IMG/VR virus record: IMGVR_UViG_3300037991_003682
Coordinates: 1 to 24,016 of that record
Strand: one strand, 5' to 3'
Length of the DNA: 24,016 nucleotides
DNA from: a virus
Taxonomy: Duplodnaviria; Caudoviricetes
The position numbers were made by a program, and so were the translations under genes. Every line of letters starts with the position of its first letter. The first letter of the stretch is position 1. The notes beneath the pieces were generated by a model. It made no database searches and was not told the origin of the DNA. It worked only from the letters and a program-made list of their open reading frames with translations. Positions 7,439 through 15,585 of the stretch are shown here, piece by piece.

Positions 7439-8017
7439 TTAATCGACTCCTGCTCTTCCTATAATGATATCTCTAGCAGTTGAATTACTACCAGTAAAGT
7501 CATTTATACCTATAGTTAAAGTAGTCTCAGATTCAATCTGTGTAGAGCCTGAATAGTAACCAAAGAAAGTGTTAGGGTATACCGGAGTTGCTACTACAGT
7601 AACTGTATCTCCTTCTTCATAGTTATGAGCAACTACTGATGAAGCAGGACCTTCGTTTCCGCCAAATGTAGCTAAAGGCTCTTCTTGAGTATTTACACTA
7701 ACTACATAAGTAGCGTTATCGAAGTGACTAGTATCACCTCCTTGATCTGCTGATTTAAACGTAAAGAAACGTTTAGTTACATCATTATTTTGTACAGTAA
7801 GACTACCGGTAACTAATTGACATACTCCTCCTAATACCCTTGCGAAAAAAAGAGTTGCGTTATCTGGTGCATCTACTTCTATTCCGGTATCTGCTAAAAC
7901 ACTTGGAGAAACGTTAGCTGCTAATTTATTTTCTGCACTAGCAGTAGTATGAAAAATTTCTACGTTAGTAACGTCTGCCCCTATAAATGATGCTTGTAAT
8001 AGTAATCTTCTTGACAT
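7439..8017 (-). CDS. Beta-rich hypothetical protein, probable virion accessory protein with InlB B-repeat/Flg_new-like C-terminal domain
   Basis: Thr/Val/Ala/Ser-rich and Lys-poor. YEEGDTVTVVATPVYPNTFFGY resembles the Y..G..VT..A.P....F.GW B-repeat pattern. Class B promoter upstream. Confidence 0.5.
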   Translation of the reverse strand: MSRRLLLQASFIGADVTNVEIFHTTASAENKLAANVSPSVLADTGIEVDAPDNATLFFARVLGGVCQLVTGSLTVQNNDVTKRFFTFKSADQGGDTSHFDNATYVVSVNTQEEPLATFGGNEGPASSVVAHNYEEGDTVTVVATPVYPNTFFGYYSGSTQIESETTLTIGINDFTGSNSTARDIIIGRAGVD

Positions 8018-8020
8018 ATA

Positions 8021-8030
8021 TATAAATAGC
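8021..8030 (-). promoter_or_regulatory. Putative promoter, class B (GCTATTTATA)
   Basis: 10-mer identical to 22973-22982; 3 nt upstream of the ATG at 8017. Confidence 0.6.
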
Positions 8031-9745
8031 TAGCCATCACAACTTAAACAATCTTCAGAAGTTCTACTACCTATATCACCATTTATTACTGAATCTGTAC
8101 GTAAATAGTATAGAGTTTTTATTCCTAACTTCCAAGCTGTTTGATGAACTAAATTAATAAACTTTGGACTATCCCCAGGATCGAACGCTAAATTTAATGA
8201 TTGAGTTTGATCTATATATTTCTGTCTAGCAGCTGCTTGTTCTACTAAACCTAATTGATTAATTTCTGAAAAAGTATAAAATATTTCTTTATCTTCAGCA
8301 GGCATAATATCAGTAGGTAAGTTCATAATAGAACCTCTATCTTTCATAATTTGATCCCATACCTCTTCAGTATTATGTCCTTTTTCTTCTAAATATTCTT
8401 CTAATGCTTTATTTTTTCTTATAAAAGTACCTTTTGCGGAATTGAAGGTATAAACATTAGCAGGATAAGGTTCTATACCAGCCGATACCCCACCTGCTAT
8501 AGTACTATTAGACACAGTAGGAGCTATTGCTAATACGTGAGTATTCCTCATTCCAGTACCTCTACACCATACAGGTTCTCCATATTCATCAGCTAGTTTT
8601 CTAGAAGCAGCTTTTGCTTGAGTTTCTAGTTGAGAAAATATTTTATGAGTCCACGAAGTCGCCGCGACCGAATTAAAAGGAATTCTTTCTTTTTGTAAAA
8701 ATGATTGCCATCCTAATACTCCTAATCCTAATGCTCTACCTTTTTTAGCACTTCTATGAGCTCTTACTAAAGATTCTCTACCAGAAGTTTTAGCTAAAAA
8801 TTCTTCTAATACTCCATCTAAGAAATATACAGCAGTTTCTACTAAATCAGTATTTTTCCATTCATGATATTTAGCTAAATTAACAGAAGATAAACAACAT
8901 ATAAAGCTATGCTCTTCGTCAGTAAATAAAGTAATCTCACTACATATATTAGTCATAGTTACTTCTAAATTATTCTTAACGTAGGCTGGAGGATTAGCAT
9001 TATTAACATTATCTTTATACATTATGTAAGGCTCTCCGGTTTCCATTCTAGATTTAAGAATTTCTATCCATAACTCCATAGCTTCAGGCTCTCTTCTTTC
9101 TAATTTTTCCATGAAAGAATCATCTACTACTACGCATTGATGTAAGTTAAGACATTGTCTATTAGGATCTCCTTTAGGTCTTCTTATTTGTAAGTATTCA
9201 TGTATATCAGGATGATTAATATCTAAATTAACTGATGCTGCTCCTCTTCTTACTGCACCTTGATTAGTAGCTATAATAGTTGAATCATATATTTTAGCCC
9301 ATGGAACTACTCCTTCTGATTGACCCATTCCTTCTCCTGCTCCTATTTTAGCTCCTCTACCTCTTATTTTAGATAATCCTATTCCTACTCCTCCTCCAAG
9401 AGAAGTTAATCTCATTAATTCAGCATTAGTTAAACCAATACCTCTAATAGAATCTGGAGTATCAATACCAAAACAAGATATTGGTAAACCTCTATCAGTA
9501 CCAGTATTAGATAAAACTGGAGATGCTAAATTTAGCCAACCTTTCCACATATAACGGAAAAATTTATTAGCAAGATCTGGTCTATCTAATCTTTGTGATA
9601 TTCTATTAGCTACTCTTCTAAAAGCTAATTTTGGAGTTTCATCAGGTAGTAAATAACCTTTTGAGATTGTTGCTAACGAAACTTCATTCATCCATTCCGG
9701 AAAGTCTTTTCCGACTTCCCATGTACTCGTATCTATAGGTGCCAT
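8030..9745 (-). CDS. nrdA: Class I ribonucleotide reductase alpha subunit, no ATP-cone
   Basis: ASPVLSN, PISCF, GGGVG, QGAVRRGA, TNICSEI (thiyl-radical Cys), CCLSSVN, RALGLG, IAPTVS, KTLYYLR, C-terminal CLSC; 571 aa. Confidence 0.96.
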   Translation of the reverse strand: MAPIDTSTWEVGKDFPEWMNEVSLATISKGYLLPDETPKLAFRRVANRISQRLDRPDLANKFFRYMWKGWLNLASPVLSNTGTDRGLPISCFGIDTPDSIRGIGLTNAELMRLTSLGGGVGIGLSKIRGRGAKIGAGEGMGQSEGVVPWAKIYDSTIIATNQGAVRRGAASVNLDINHPDIHEYLQIRRPKGDPNRQCLNLHQCVVVDDSFMEKLERREPEAMELWIEILKSRMETGEPYIMYKDNVNNANPPAYVKNNLEVTMTNICSEITLFTDEEHSFICCLSSVNLAKYHEWKNTDLVETAVYFLDGVLEEFLAKTSGRESLVRAHRSAKKGRALGLGVLGWQSFLQKERIPFNSVAATSWTHKIFSQLETQAKAASRKLADEYGEPVWCRGTGMRNTHVLAIAPTVSNSTIAGGVSAGIEPYPANVYTFNSAKGTFIRKNKALEEYLEEKGHNTEEVWDQIMKDRGSIMNLPTDIMPAEDKEIFYTFSEINQLGLVEQAAARQKYIDQTQSLNLAFDPGDSPKFINLVHQTAWKLGIKTLYYLRTDSVINGDIGSRTSEDCLSCDG

Positions 9746-9756
9746 ATACTATCTAA

Positions 9757-10734
9757 TTAAAAAGCTTGAGACCAATCAACGTGGCCTTTTGAATAATTTG
9801 TAACTCTATTAGCAAAGAAGTCTGTATGCTGCTTACCTGCAATAACTGCGTCAAACCATTTCATAGTTTTTAAAGCTCCTTTATCGATTTCTTCAGAAGG
9901 AATTATAGGCTCTAAACCTAAATCACCCATTTTAGTATTTACTCTATGTTTAATAAAATTCTTTAATTCTTCTTTACCTAAGTTCGGTAAATCACCCATT
10001 TCAAAAACTTTATCTATAAAATCAAATTCTAATTTTAAAGCTAAATGAGCTGCTTCAGCAATCTCTTTTTGTAACTTTTTAGTTTTCATTTTAGGATTTT
10101 CTTCCATCATAGTTCTAAATAACCAACAACCAGCATCTGAATGAAGAGATTCATCTCTTACAGACCATTCAACTATCTGGCCTACTCCTTTTAATTTATT
10201 CTCTAATTTAAAAGAAAGTAATACCGCAAAAGAAGAAAATAAATTTACTCCTTCAGTAAATGCTGAAAATATAGCTAATGATTTAGCTCTTTCATGCCAA
10301 TTAGGAGTACCGTCATGAGCATCTCTAACATTCATTAAAGATTCTATTTTTGCCATAGTAGTTTCATCTTCTAAAAATTCAGCAAAATTATCTAATCCTA
10401 ATTGTTCGTTTAATAATGAATAAGCTTCAGCATGTATAGTTTCAAAACAACCAAATGTAGTAGCCATTGCTATCACTTCTGGTTTTCTAAACCATCCTGT
10501 AACTAATCCAGTCCAATAATCGTTTACTACTGTTTCAGTTTGTGCAAATCCTTTCAATATCCCTCCAACTATATTTTTTTCGTGGTCTTTCAAAGTAGTC
10601 TTCCAATCAGTCACGTCCTGTGCCATGGGTACTTCAGTCCATAACCAATGTGCCTGTTGTTGTTTCATATAGTAATCAAATGCTTTGGGATATTCGAAGG
10701 GTTTATACACAACCCTTTCTTTCAGTAAACTCAT
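9757..10734 (-). CDS. nrdB: Class I ribonucleotide reductase beta subunit
   Basis: YKPFEYP, HWLWTEV, ETIHAEAY, FTEGVNLFSSF, RDESLH, TDFFANRVTNY. Confidence 0.96.
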   Translation of the reverse strand: MSLLKERVVYKPFEYPKAFDYYMKQQQAHWLWTEVPMAQDVTDWKTTLKDHEKNIVGGILKGFAQTETVVNDYWTGLVTGWFRKPEVIAMATTFGCFETIHAEAYSLLNEQLGLDNFAEFLEDETTMAKIESLMNVRDAHDGTPNWHERAKSLAIFSAFTEGVNLFSSFAVLLSFKLENKLKGVGQIVEWSVRDESLHSDAGCWLFRTMMEENPKMKTKKLQKEIAEAAHLALKLEFDFIDKVFEMGDLPNLGKEELKNFIKHRVNTKMGDLGLEPIIPSEEIDKGALKTMKWFDAVIAGKQHTDFFANRVTNYSKGHVDWSQAF

Positions 10735-10762
10735 ATTAATAAATTTTATTTAGGTTAAACAC

Positions 10763-10796
10763 AAAACGCCCCCGAAGATTCTCGAAAGGACGCTTT
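10763..10796 (-). promoter_or_regulatory. GC-rich stem-loop in the nrdB leader (terminator-like or regulatory)
   Basis: Minus strand AAAGCGTCCT-TT-CGAG-AATC-TTCG-GGGGCGTTTT; pairing relies on G-U pairs that form only on the mRNA strand. Confidence 0.6.
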
Positions 10797-10805
10797 AATA
10801 AATAT
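10797..10805 (-). promoter_or_regulatory. Putative promoter, class B variant (ATATTTATT)
   Basis: TATTTAT core; identical 9-mer at 15568-15576. Confidence 0.45.
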
Positions 10806-10814
10806 AATATATAT

Positions 10815-12164
10815 CTAGCTTTCTGCACCATCGAGACTAAAAAATTTCTTCGCTATATCAGCATGAGGGCTAGTTTGTGAATTATCTAGTAATTCATCAG
10901 GATTAGCTTTACCTTCAAACGATATATGACCATTATTTGTATCCATTTTTACGTTATACGTCATTCCATCCATTCCATATCTATTCTTCATAACGTGAAC
11001 TCTACCCGTACCTAAAACTTTATCTTCCTTTTGTCTGGATAACGATAGACATAAATCAGCTACCATCATCTTATCATAGGAACCTGCTGCTTTATCTCCT
11101 TCTATGATACTATCTCTAGCACCCATTCTATTTACTTGAGAAGGAGTAAGAACAGGAATTTTTAATTCTTTAGCTAGTCCTTTAGTAGCTATAAAATTAT
11201 CATCTATTTCAAATTTTCTATCTTGATATTTTCCTTTACTCGGAGGCTTTAAATAATCAACATAATCTATAATTATCATATCAGGTTTATGTTCCATATC
11301 GATACATTTCTGAACATGAGCTTTTATAGTAGAAATAGAAGCAGATTTAGGAGCATATTCTTTGATAATTAATTTACCTTTTAAATTATTAACGTGCTGT
11401 TGAACTTCTTTACGATGTTTATTTACTTCTTCTATTCCGTAACCAGTAAAATAACAATCGAATCTTTTACCAACATAATCTTCACCTAATTCTAAAGTAT
11501 AAAAATTAACCTTATGCCCCATCTTTACTGCATGTGCAGCTATTGCAACCATAGTCCAAGATTTACCTCCTCCAGGACTACCAAATATAATAGTTAAATC
11601 TCCAGGACCGAAACCACCTTGAATACCATCATTAAGTACTGGCCAAGGAGAAGGTATAGTAGGTCTGTAATCAACTCTATATCTTGATTCAATATCTTTT
11701 TCAAATTCGTGACCTATATTTTTATCTAATCCTGCTTTTAAAGCTTTTTCGATCATATTTCTAATACCATCATAATCTCCAGCTTTTAATAAATCAGCAG
11801 AATCTAATATAGCACTTTTCATTTCTTGATTCTTACAAAAGTTATGAAACTCTTCTTGTACGTATTCTAAATCGTCTTGAGAAGATTGATAAGAGTTTCT
11901 AAGTTCTTCTTTAAGCGCAACTTGAAGAACATCGTTTTCAACCTTTTGAAGTTCTACTTTAAGTACGTCCATGGTAACAGTAGTATGATACTTATCGAAA
12001 TATTCAACTACTTGTTTAATAATCCATTTATGAGCATCTGAATCGAAATACTCTTCTTTTAATACGTCTCTAATATTAAGTAGAAAAGCTTTATCGGTTA
12101 GAAGCGATCCTAATACCTTTAACTGGAAAGCTTTACCGTAAGCATTTAATTTTTGTAATGTCAT
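10815..12164 (-). CDS. dnaB: Replicative DNA helicase (DnaB / T4 gp41-like)
   Basis: Walker A GSPGGGKS, YTLEL, Walker B IIIDYVD, SQVNR, KNRYG. Confidence 0.93.
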   Translation of the reverse strand: MTLQKLNAYGKAFQLKVLGSLLTDKAFLLNIRDVLKEEYFDSDAHKWIIKQVVEYFDKYHTTVTMDVLKVELQKVENDVLQVALKEELRNSYQSSQDDLEYVQEEFHNFCKNQEMKSAILDSADLLKAGDYDGIRNMIEKALKAGLDKNIGHEFEKDIESRYRVDYRPTIPSPWPVLNDGIQGGFGPGDLTIIFGSPGGGKSWTMVAIAAHAVKMGHKVNFYTLELGEDYVGKRFDCYFTGYGIEEVNKHRKEVQQHVNNLKGKLIIKEYAPKSASISTIKAHVQKCIDMEHKPDMIIIDYVDYLKPPSKGKYQDRKFEIDDNFIATKGLAKELKIPVLTPSQVNRMGARDSIIEGDKAAGSYDKMMVADLCLSLSRQKEDKVLGTGRVHVMKNRYGMDGMTYNVKMDTNNGHISFEGKANPDELLDNSQTSPHADIAKKFFSLDGAES

Positions 12165-12169
12165 AACTT

Positions 12170-13192
12170 TTATTTAAAAACCGTTAAACCCCTAAAATTT
12201 TGTAACCAACCTTCAGTATTTTTAGTTATACCTTCTATCTTATCAGTATCTAAAAGGTGTAAAAAAGCTCCTACTTGTAGGTTAGGTACATTATCTTTTA
12301 TAGTATCAAATATATGATTTTTTTCGCTATTATCCAACAGTCCTTCATGTAAATTCATCAAATCATAATTTGTCTCTACTTTACCCCAATTGTGAAGTAT
12401 TTTAGCAAATATTTTTTTATCTTCTAATCTCTTTTCACATATATCGTAAATGTACTGTAAACCACTTACTGGTTTTCTCGACATTAAAGGAAACTCTTTT
12501 ATAATAGTTTTAAGACCTAATCCTTTAACTCCACTCAGCCCGTCCGAATTATCTCCTAATAGTGCTTTTACTATACTATAATTTTCAGGTAATACTCCAA
12601 TATGATCTTTTATATTATCAGTATTTATTACAGTTTTCTTTATAGGAGAATAAACTTCAACATTTTTATTTACTAATTGTAAAAAGTCTTTATCAGACGA
12701 TACTATAGTAATTTTTTTATTAGATTTAGAAGCTTGTAATGCCATATATGCAATAATATCATCGGCTTCTAATTTTTCCATTTCTAATGAATGCACTGGT
12801 AAGCAATCTAAATAGTCTTTTAATCTATCTACTTGTGCTGCTAATGATTCATACTCTTCGGCTTTACTATCAAACATACCCCAATTAGTTATTCTAGTAT
12901 TAGTCCGATGAGCTTTATAATTAGGATCTATATTTTTTCTATTTACAGAAGATCCTTTACCATCAAATACGCATAATATTCTCGTAGGTTCAAATATACG
13001 AGTTACATAACCTAAAGAACGCAAGAAGCCAACAAGGCCTCCGATATGGTGACCTTGCGGATTCATTGCTTTGAGCATAGAGAAACTACGAATAAAAGTA
13101 TTCATAGCATCCACGACCAAGATATGATCGTTTAGCTCACGGGGTGGGGTTTCTTTAAGGTTAGATAAGATATTATCGTACGATTTACTCAT
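12170..13192 (-). CDS. 5'-3' exonuclease / flap endonuclease (PolI N-terminal domain, T4 RNase H-like)
   Basis: VVDAMN, VFDG, YKAHR, EADDII, SSDKDFLQL, helix-hairpin-helix LLGDNSDGLSGVKGLG. Confidence 0.93.
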   Translation of the reverse strand: MSKSYDNILSNLKETPPRELNDHILVVDAMNTFIRSFSMLKAMNPQGHHIGGLVGFLRSLGYVTRIFEPTRILCVFDGKGSSVNRKNIDPNYKAHRTNTRITNWGMFDSKAEEYESLAAQVDRLKDYLDCLPVHSLEMEKLEADDIIAYMALQASKSNKKITIVSSDKDFLQLVNKNVEVYSPIKKTVINTDNIKDHIGVLPENYSIVKALLGDNSDGLSGVKGLGLKTIIKEFPLMSRKPVSGLQYIYDICEKRLEDKKIFAKILHNWGKVETNYDLMNLHEGLLDNSEKNHIFDTIKDNVPNLQVGAFLHLLDTDKIEGITKNTEGWLQNFRGLTVFK

Positions 13193-14259
13193 TAATCTAA
13201 TAGATTCGGTGTTATGTTTTCTTCTTCTAGATCTCCTTCTTCAATCAAATCAAAATCTAAACTACCAACAAGTTTTAACCAGTGATCTTTATACTGATCT
13301 TTATACTTATCTATAGCTCGTTTATCATCTGGGATAAAACCATGTTGAGTCATTACAACTCTTCCTCTAGATTGAACACCGCCTATATGATTTTTTTCTA
13401 TCTGTACGTTAGTTCTTTTAGCGAACTCTACTTGTAATCCATTCTTAATAGCTTTTATTTTAGAAGTACCCGGATTAGTAATATTACCAAAAGTAACTAC
13501 TAACGTAGAATCATACCACATAGACATACCACCTTTATTTTGTAGTTTCGGCATACCCATAGGAGATTCAGGTTTCTGAGTCCATACTTTATTAATCGCT
13601 ACTAATGTATTAGTATACGGATTACCTAATTTTCTAGATAATAAAATCTTTTGATTAAGATTATTACCAAACTGAGTAGACATAGCTCCTGCATTCCACT
13701 CATTATTATTCTTATTAGATCTTACAGATAAATCACAAGGTACTGATCCAACTGAATCCCATAAAAATACCATATCATGAGGTAAGTTTCCTTTAGTCTG
13801 CTCGTCCATTAAGTCAGCCATATAAGCTGCTACATCTTCTATAGTATTTAATGTACCTCTATCAGCATATAAGAAAAATCCATCATAATCTGTTATATCT
13901 CCAGATTCATCAGTTATTTCAGTGATATCTAATCCCATCTCTTTAGCATGGTCCCAAGACCATTTCATCTCAGTGATAATGAAGACTGGGAGAATGCCCA
14001 TTTTCTGAGCACTCACCGCTGCTTCAATTAGGGCAGTTGTTTTGCCCGTATCACTATGTCCACGCAATAGAGTGATGTGTCCGGTAGGTATGCCGGGTAA
14101 GGATGTAATATCCTGAAAGGCTTTAGATAATGGTATCCATCCTTGCTCCTTGAACTTTACGGAAGCATTGGAAAAACCTTTCTTCTTTTTAAATTTACCT
14201 AAATCAAAATTCGCCTTGACAGCTTTAGTAGCTGCTGCAATAGTCTTCTTTTTTGCCAT
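13192..14259 (-). CDS. uvsX: RecA/UvsX-like recombinase
   Basis: GIPTGHITLLRGHSDTGKT (Walker A), FIITE, FLWDSVG (Walker B), KGG, EKNH; lies between the SSB and exonuclease genes. Confidence 0.88.
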   Translation of the reverse strand: MAKKKTIAAATKAVKANFDLGKFKKKKGFSNASVKFKEQGWIPLSKAFQDITSLPGIPTGHITLLRGHSDTGKTTALIEAAVSAQKMGILPVFIITEMKWSWDHAKEMGLDITEITDESGDITDYDGFFLYADRGTLNTIEDVAAYMADLMDEQTKGNLPHDMVFLWDSVGSVPCDLSVRSNKNNNEWNAGAMSTQFGNNLNQKILLSRKLGNPYTNTLVAINKVWTQKPESPMGMPKLQNKGGMSMWYDSTLVVTFGNITNPGTSKIKAIKNGLQVEFAKRTNVQIEKNHIGGVQSRGRVVMTQHGFIPDDKRAIDKYKDQYKDHWLKLVGSLDFDLIEEGDLEEENITPNLLD

Positions 14260-14261
14260 AA

Positions 14262-15050
14262 TTACTCGTTAAATAAATCATCAAATTTTTCTACTTTAGT
14301 TTGATTGCCAGCAGTAGCTGTCTCTAAAGTAAAGTCTGATGCTTTATTTGAGCTTTCTGGCTGTGTTGAAGTAGTCTCATTAGACTCTTCAGCTCCAGGG
14401 TTTAAATAAGATTGTAATTGCTTCTTAATGAAGTCGTAATCATATTGAGTAAATACTTCAGTAGGATTCGGTTGAGTTTTTAACCAAGTATCTACTAAAT
14501 CATTATTATCGGATAATGGAGTCTGCTTAGGTTTAATTCTTACACTAGTTTCAGGGTAAGGGTTACCTTGTCTTTGCTCTACTACCATATCCCAACCATT
14601 CATTACGTCTGTAAAATCTCCAACATCTTCATCTTCAGCTAAAGCTAATAAAGCTTTATAAATAGTAATACCGAATCCCCATAATCTTACTCCCTGGTCT
14701 TCTTGACCTCTTACTACTACTGGAGCAAATATTCTAGTTTTCGGTGTTAATTTACCAGCTAAAGACCAATTATCTTTATCAGATGTCTTCTTTAACTCTT
14801 TTACGAACTCTTCTACTGGATCTTGCTTACCAAAATTAGATAAAGCGACCATAGGGTATTTTCCAACACCGTAGTGAAACTTTAACTCTTTAAAAGGAAA
14901 TGCAGGATCGAAAACAGAAGGAACGATTCTAATTACTTGTTTACCAAGTTCAGGTTTCCAAAATATCTTGGAATAGTCAGTTTTCTCTCTTTGAGAATTA
15001 CTGTCGTTGTTTAAAGCATTAAGCTTATCTTTAATTGCGTTTAAGTCCAT
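14262..15050 (-). CDS. Single-stranded DNA-binding protein (T4 gp32-like)
   Basis: FWKPELGKQVIRIVP, FHY, DPVEEF, VRLWGFG, GDFTD; flexible tail ending in acidic FDDLFNE. Confidence 0.85.
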   Translation of the reverse strand: MDLNAIKDKLNALNNDSNSQREKTDYSKIFWKPELGKQVIRIVPSVFDPAFPFKELKFHYGVGKYPMVALSNFGKQDPVEEFVKELKKTSDKDNWSLAGKLTPKTRIFAPVVVRGQEDQGVRLWGFGITIYKALLALAEDEDVGDFTDVMNGWDMVVEQRQGNPYPETSVRIKPKQTPLSDNNDLVDTWLKTQPNPTEVFTQYDYDFIKKQLQSYLNPGAEESNETTSTQPESSNKASDFTLETATAGNQTKVEKFDDLFNE

Positions 15051-15086
15051 AGTATAACTTTTTTTTATTTTATAACTTATTAATAA

Positions 15087-15118
15087 TAATATAGGAAAAA
15101 AAAATTAATTATCCAACT
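15087..15118 (-). promoter_or_regulatory. Putative promoter, class A (AGTTG-N20-TATATTA)
   Basis: Minus strand AGTTG-GATAATTAATTTTTTTTTCC-TATATTA upstream of the SSB-uvsX-exonuclease-helicase run. Confidence 0.7.
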
Positions 15119-15563
15119 CTATTATACGAAAAAGTTTGGTATTAATTCTTTTTAATTCAGAACCCTTTGTAAGTAATATACAATTTCTGTAATCACTCCA
15201 ATTGATCTTATATGAAGTATCTAATACTCCACCGTTCAATTCTTTTATAACTGTATTTAATGCATTGATAGTATATAATGTATTAGACTCTTTTTTTCTA
15301 TGTACTAAAATAGTATTTTCTAAAAAGTTAGATACATTACCGAAATCTACATTATACGTACAAATATATTCATCTTGACTCTTTGCATATAAGACAAAAA
15401 TTTTGTTGTAGATTATGTTGTACTTACTCTGTATGACCTGTAGAGTGTTATCTAAGTCAGATTCAGTTGAGAAAGTGCAGAATAGTTTATTACTCATATC
15501 GTCGTTTATAGTAATTCTATCGAGATCGTACTCGAAGTTTACTTTTTCCGTAACTAATTCCAT
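15105..15563 (-). CDS. Hypothetical protein between the polymerase and SSB genes
   Basis: 152-aa ORF filling the gap, with globular alpha/beta-like composition (NKLFCTF, CTYNVD, VHRKKESNTLYTINALN); function not recognised. Confidence 0.75.
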   Translation of the reverse strand: MELVTEKVNFEYDLDRITINDDMSNKLFCTFSTESDLDNTLQVIQSKYNIIYNKIFVLYAKSQDEYICTYNVDFGNVSNFLENTILVHRKKESNTLYTINALNTVIKELNGGVLDTSYKINWSDYRNCILLTKGSELKRINTKLFRIIELDN

Positions 15564-15567
15564 TTTA

Positions 15568-15576
15568 AATAAATAT
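15568..15576 (-). promoter_or_regulatory. Putative promoter, class B variant (ATATTTATT)
   Basis: TATTTAT core 4 nt upstream of the ATG at 15563. Confidence 0.4.
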
Positions 15577-15585
15577 TTAATTAAT

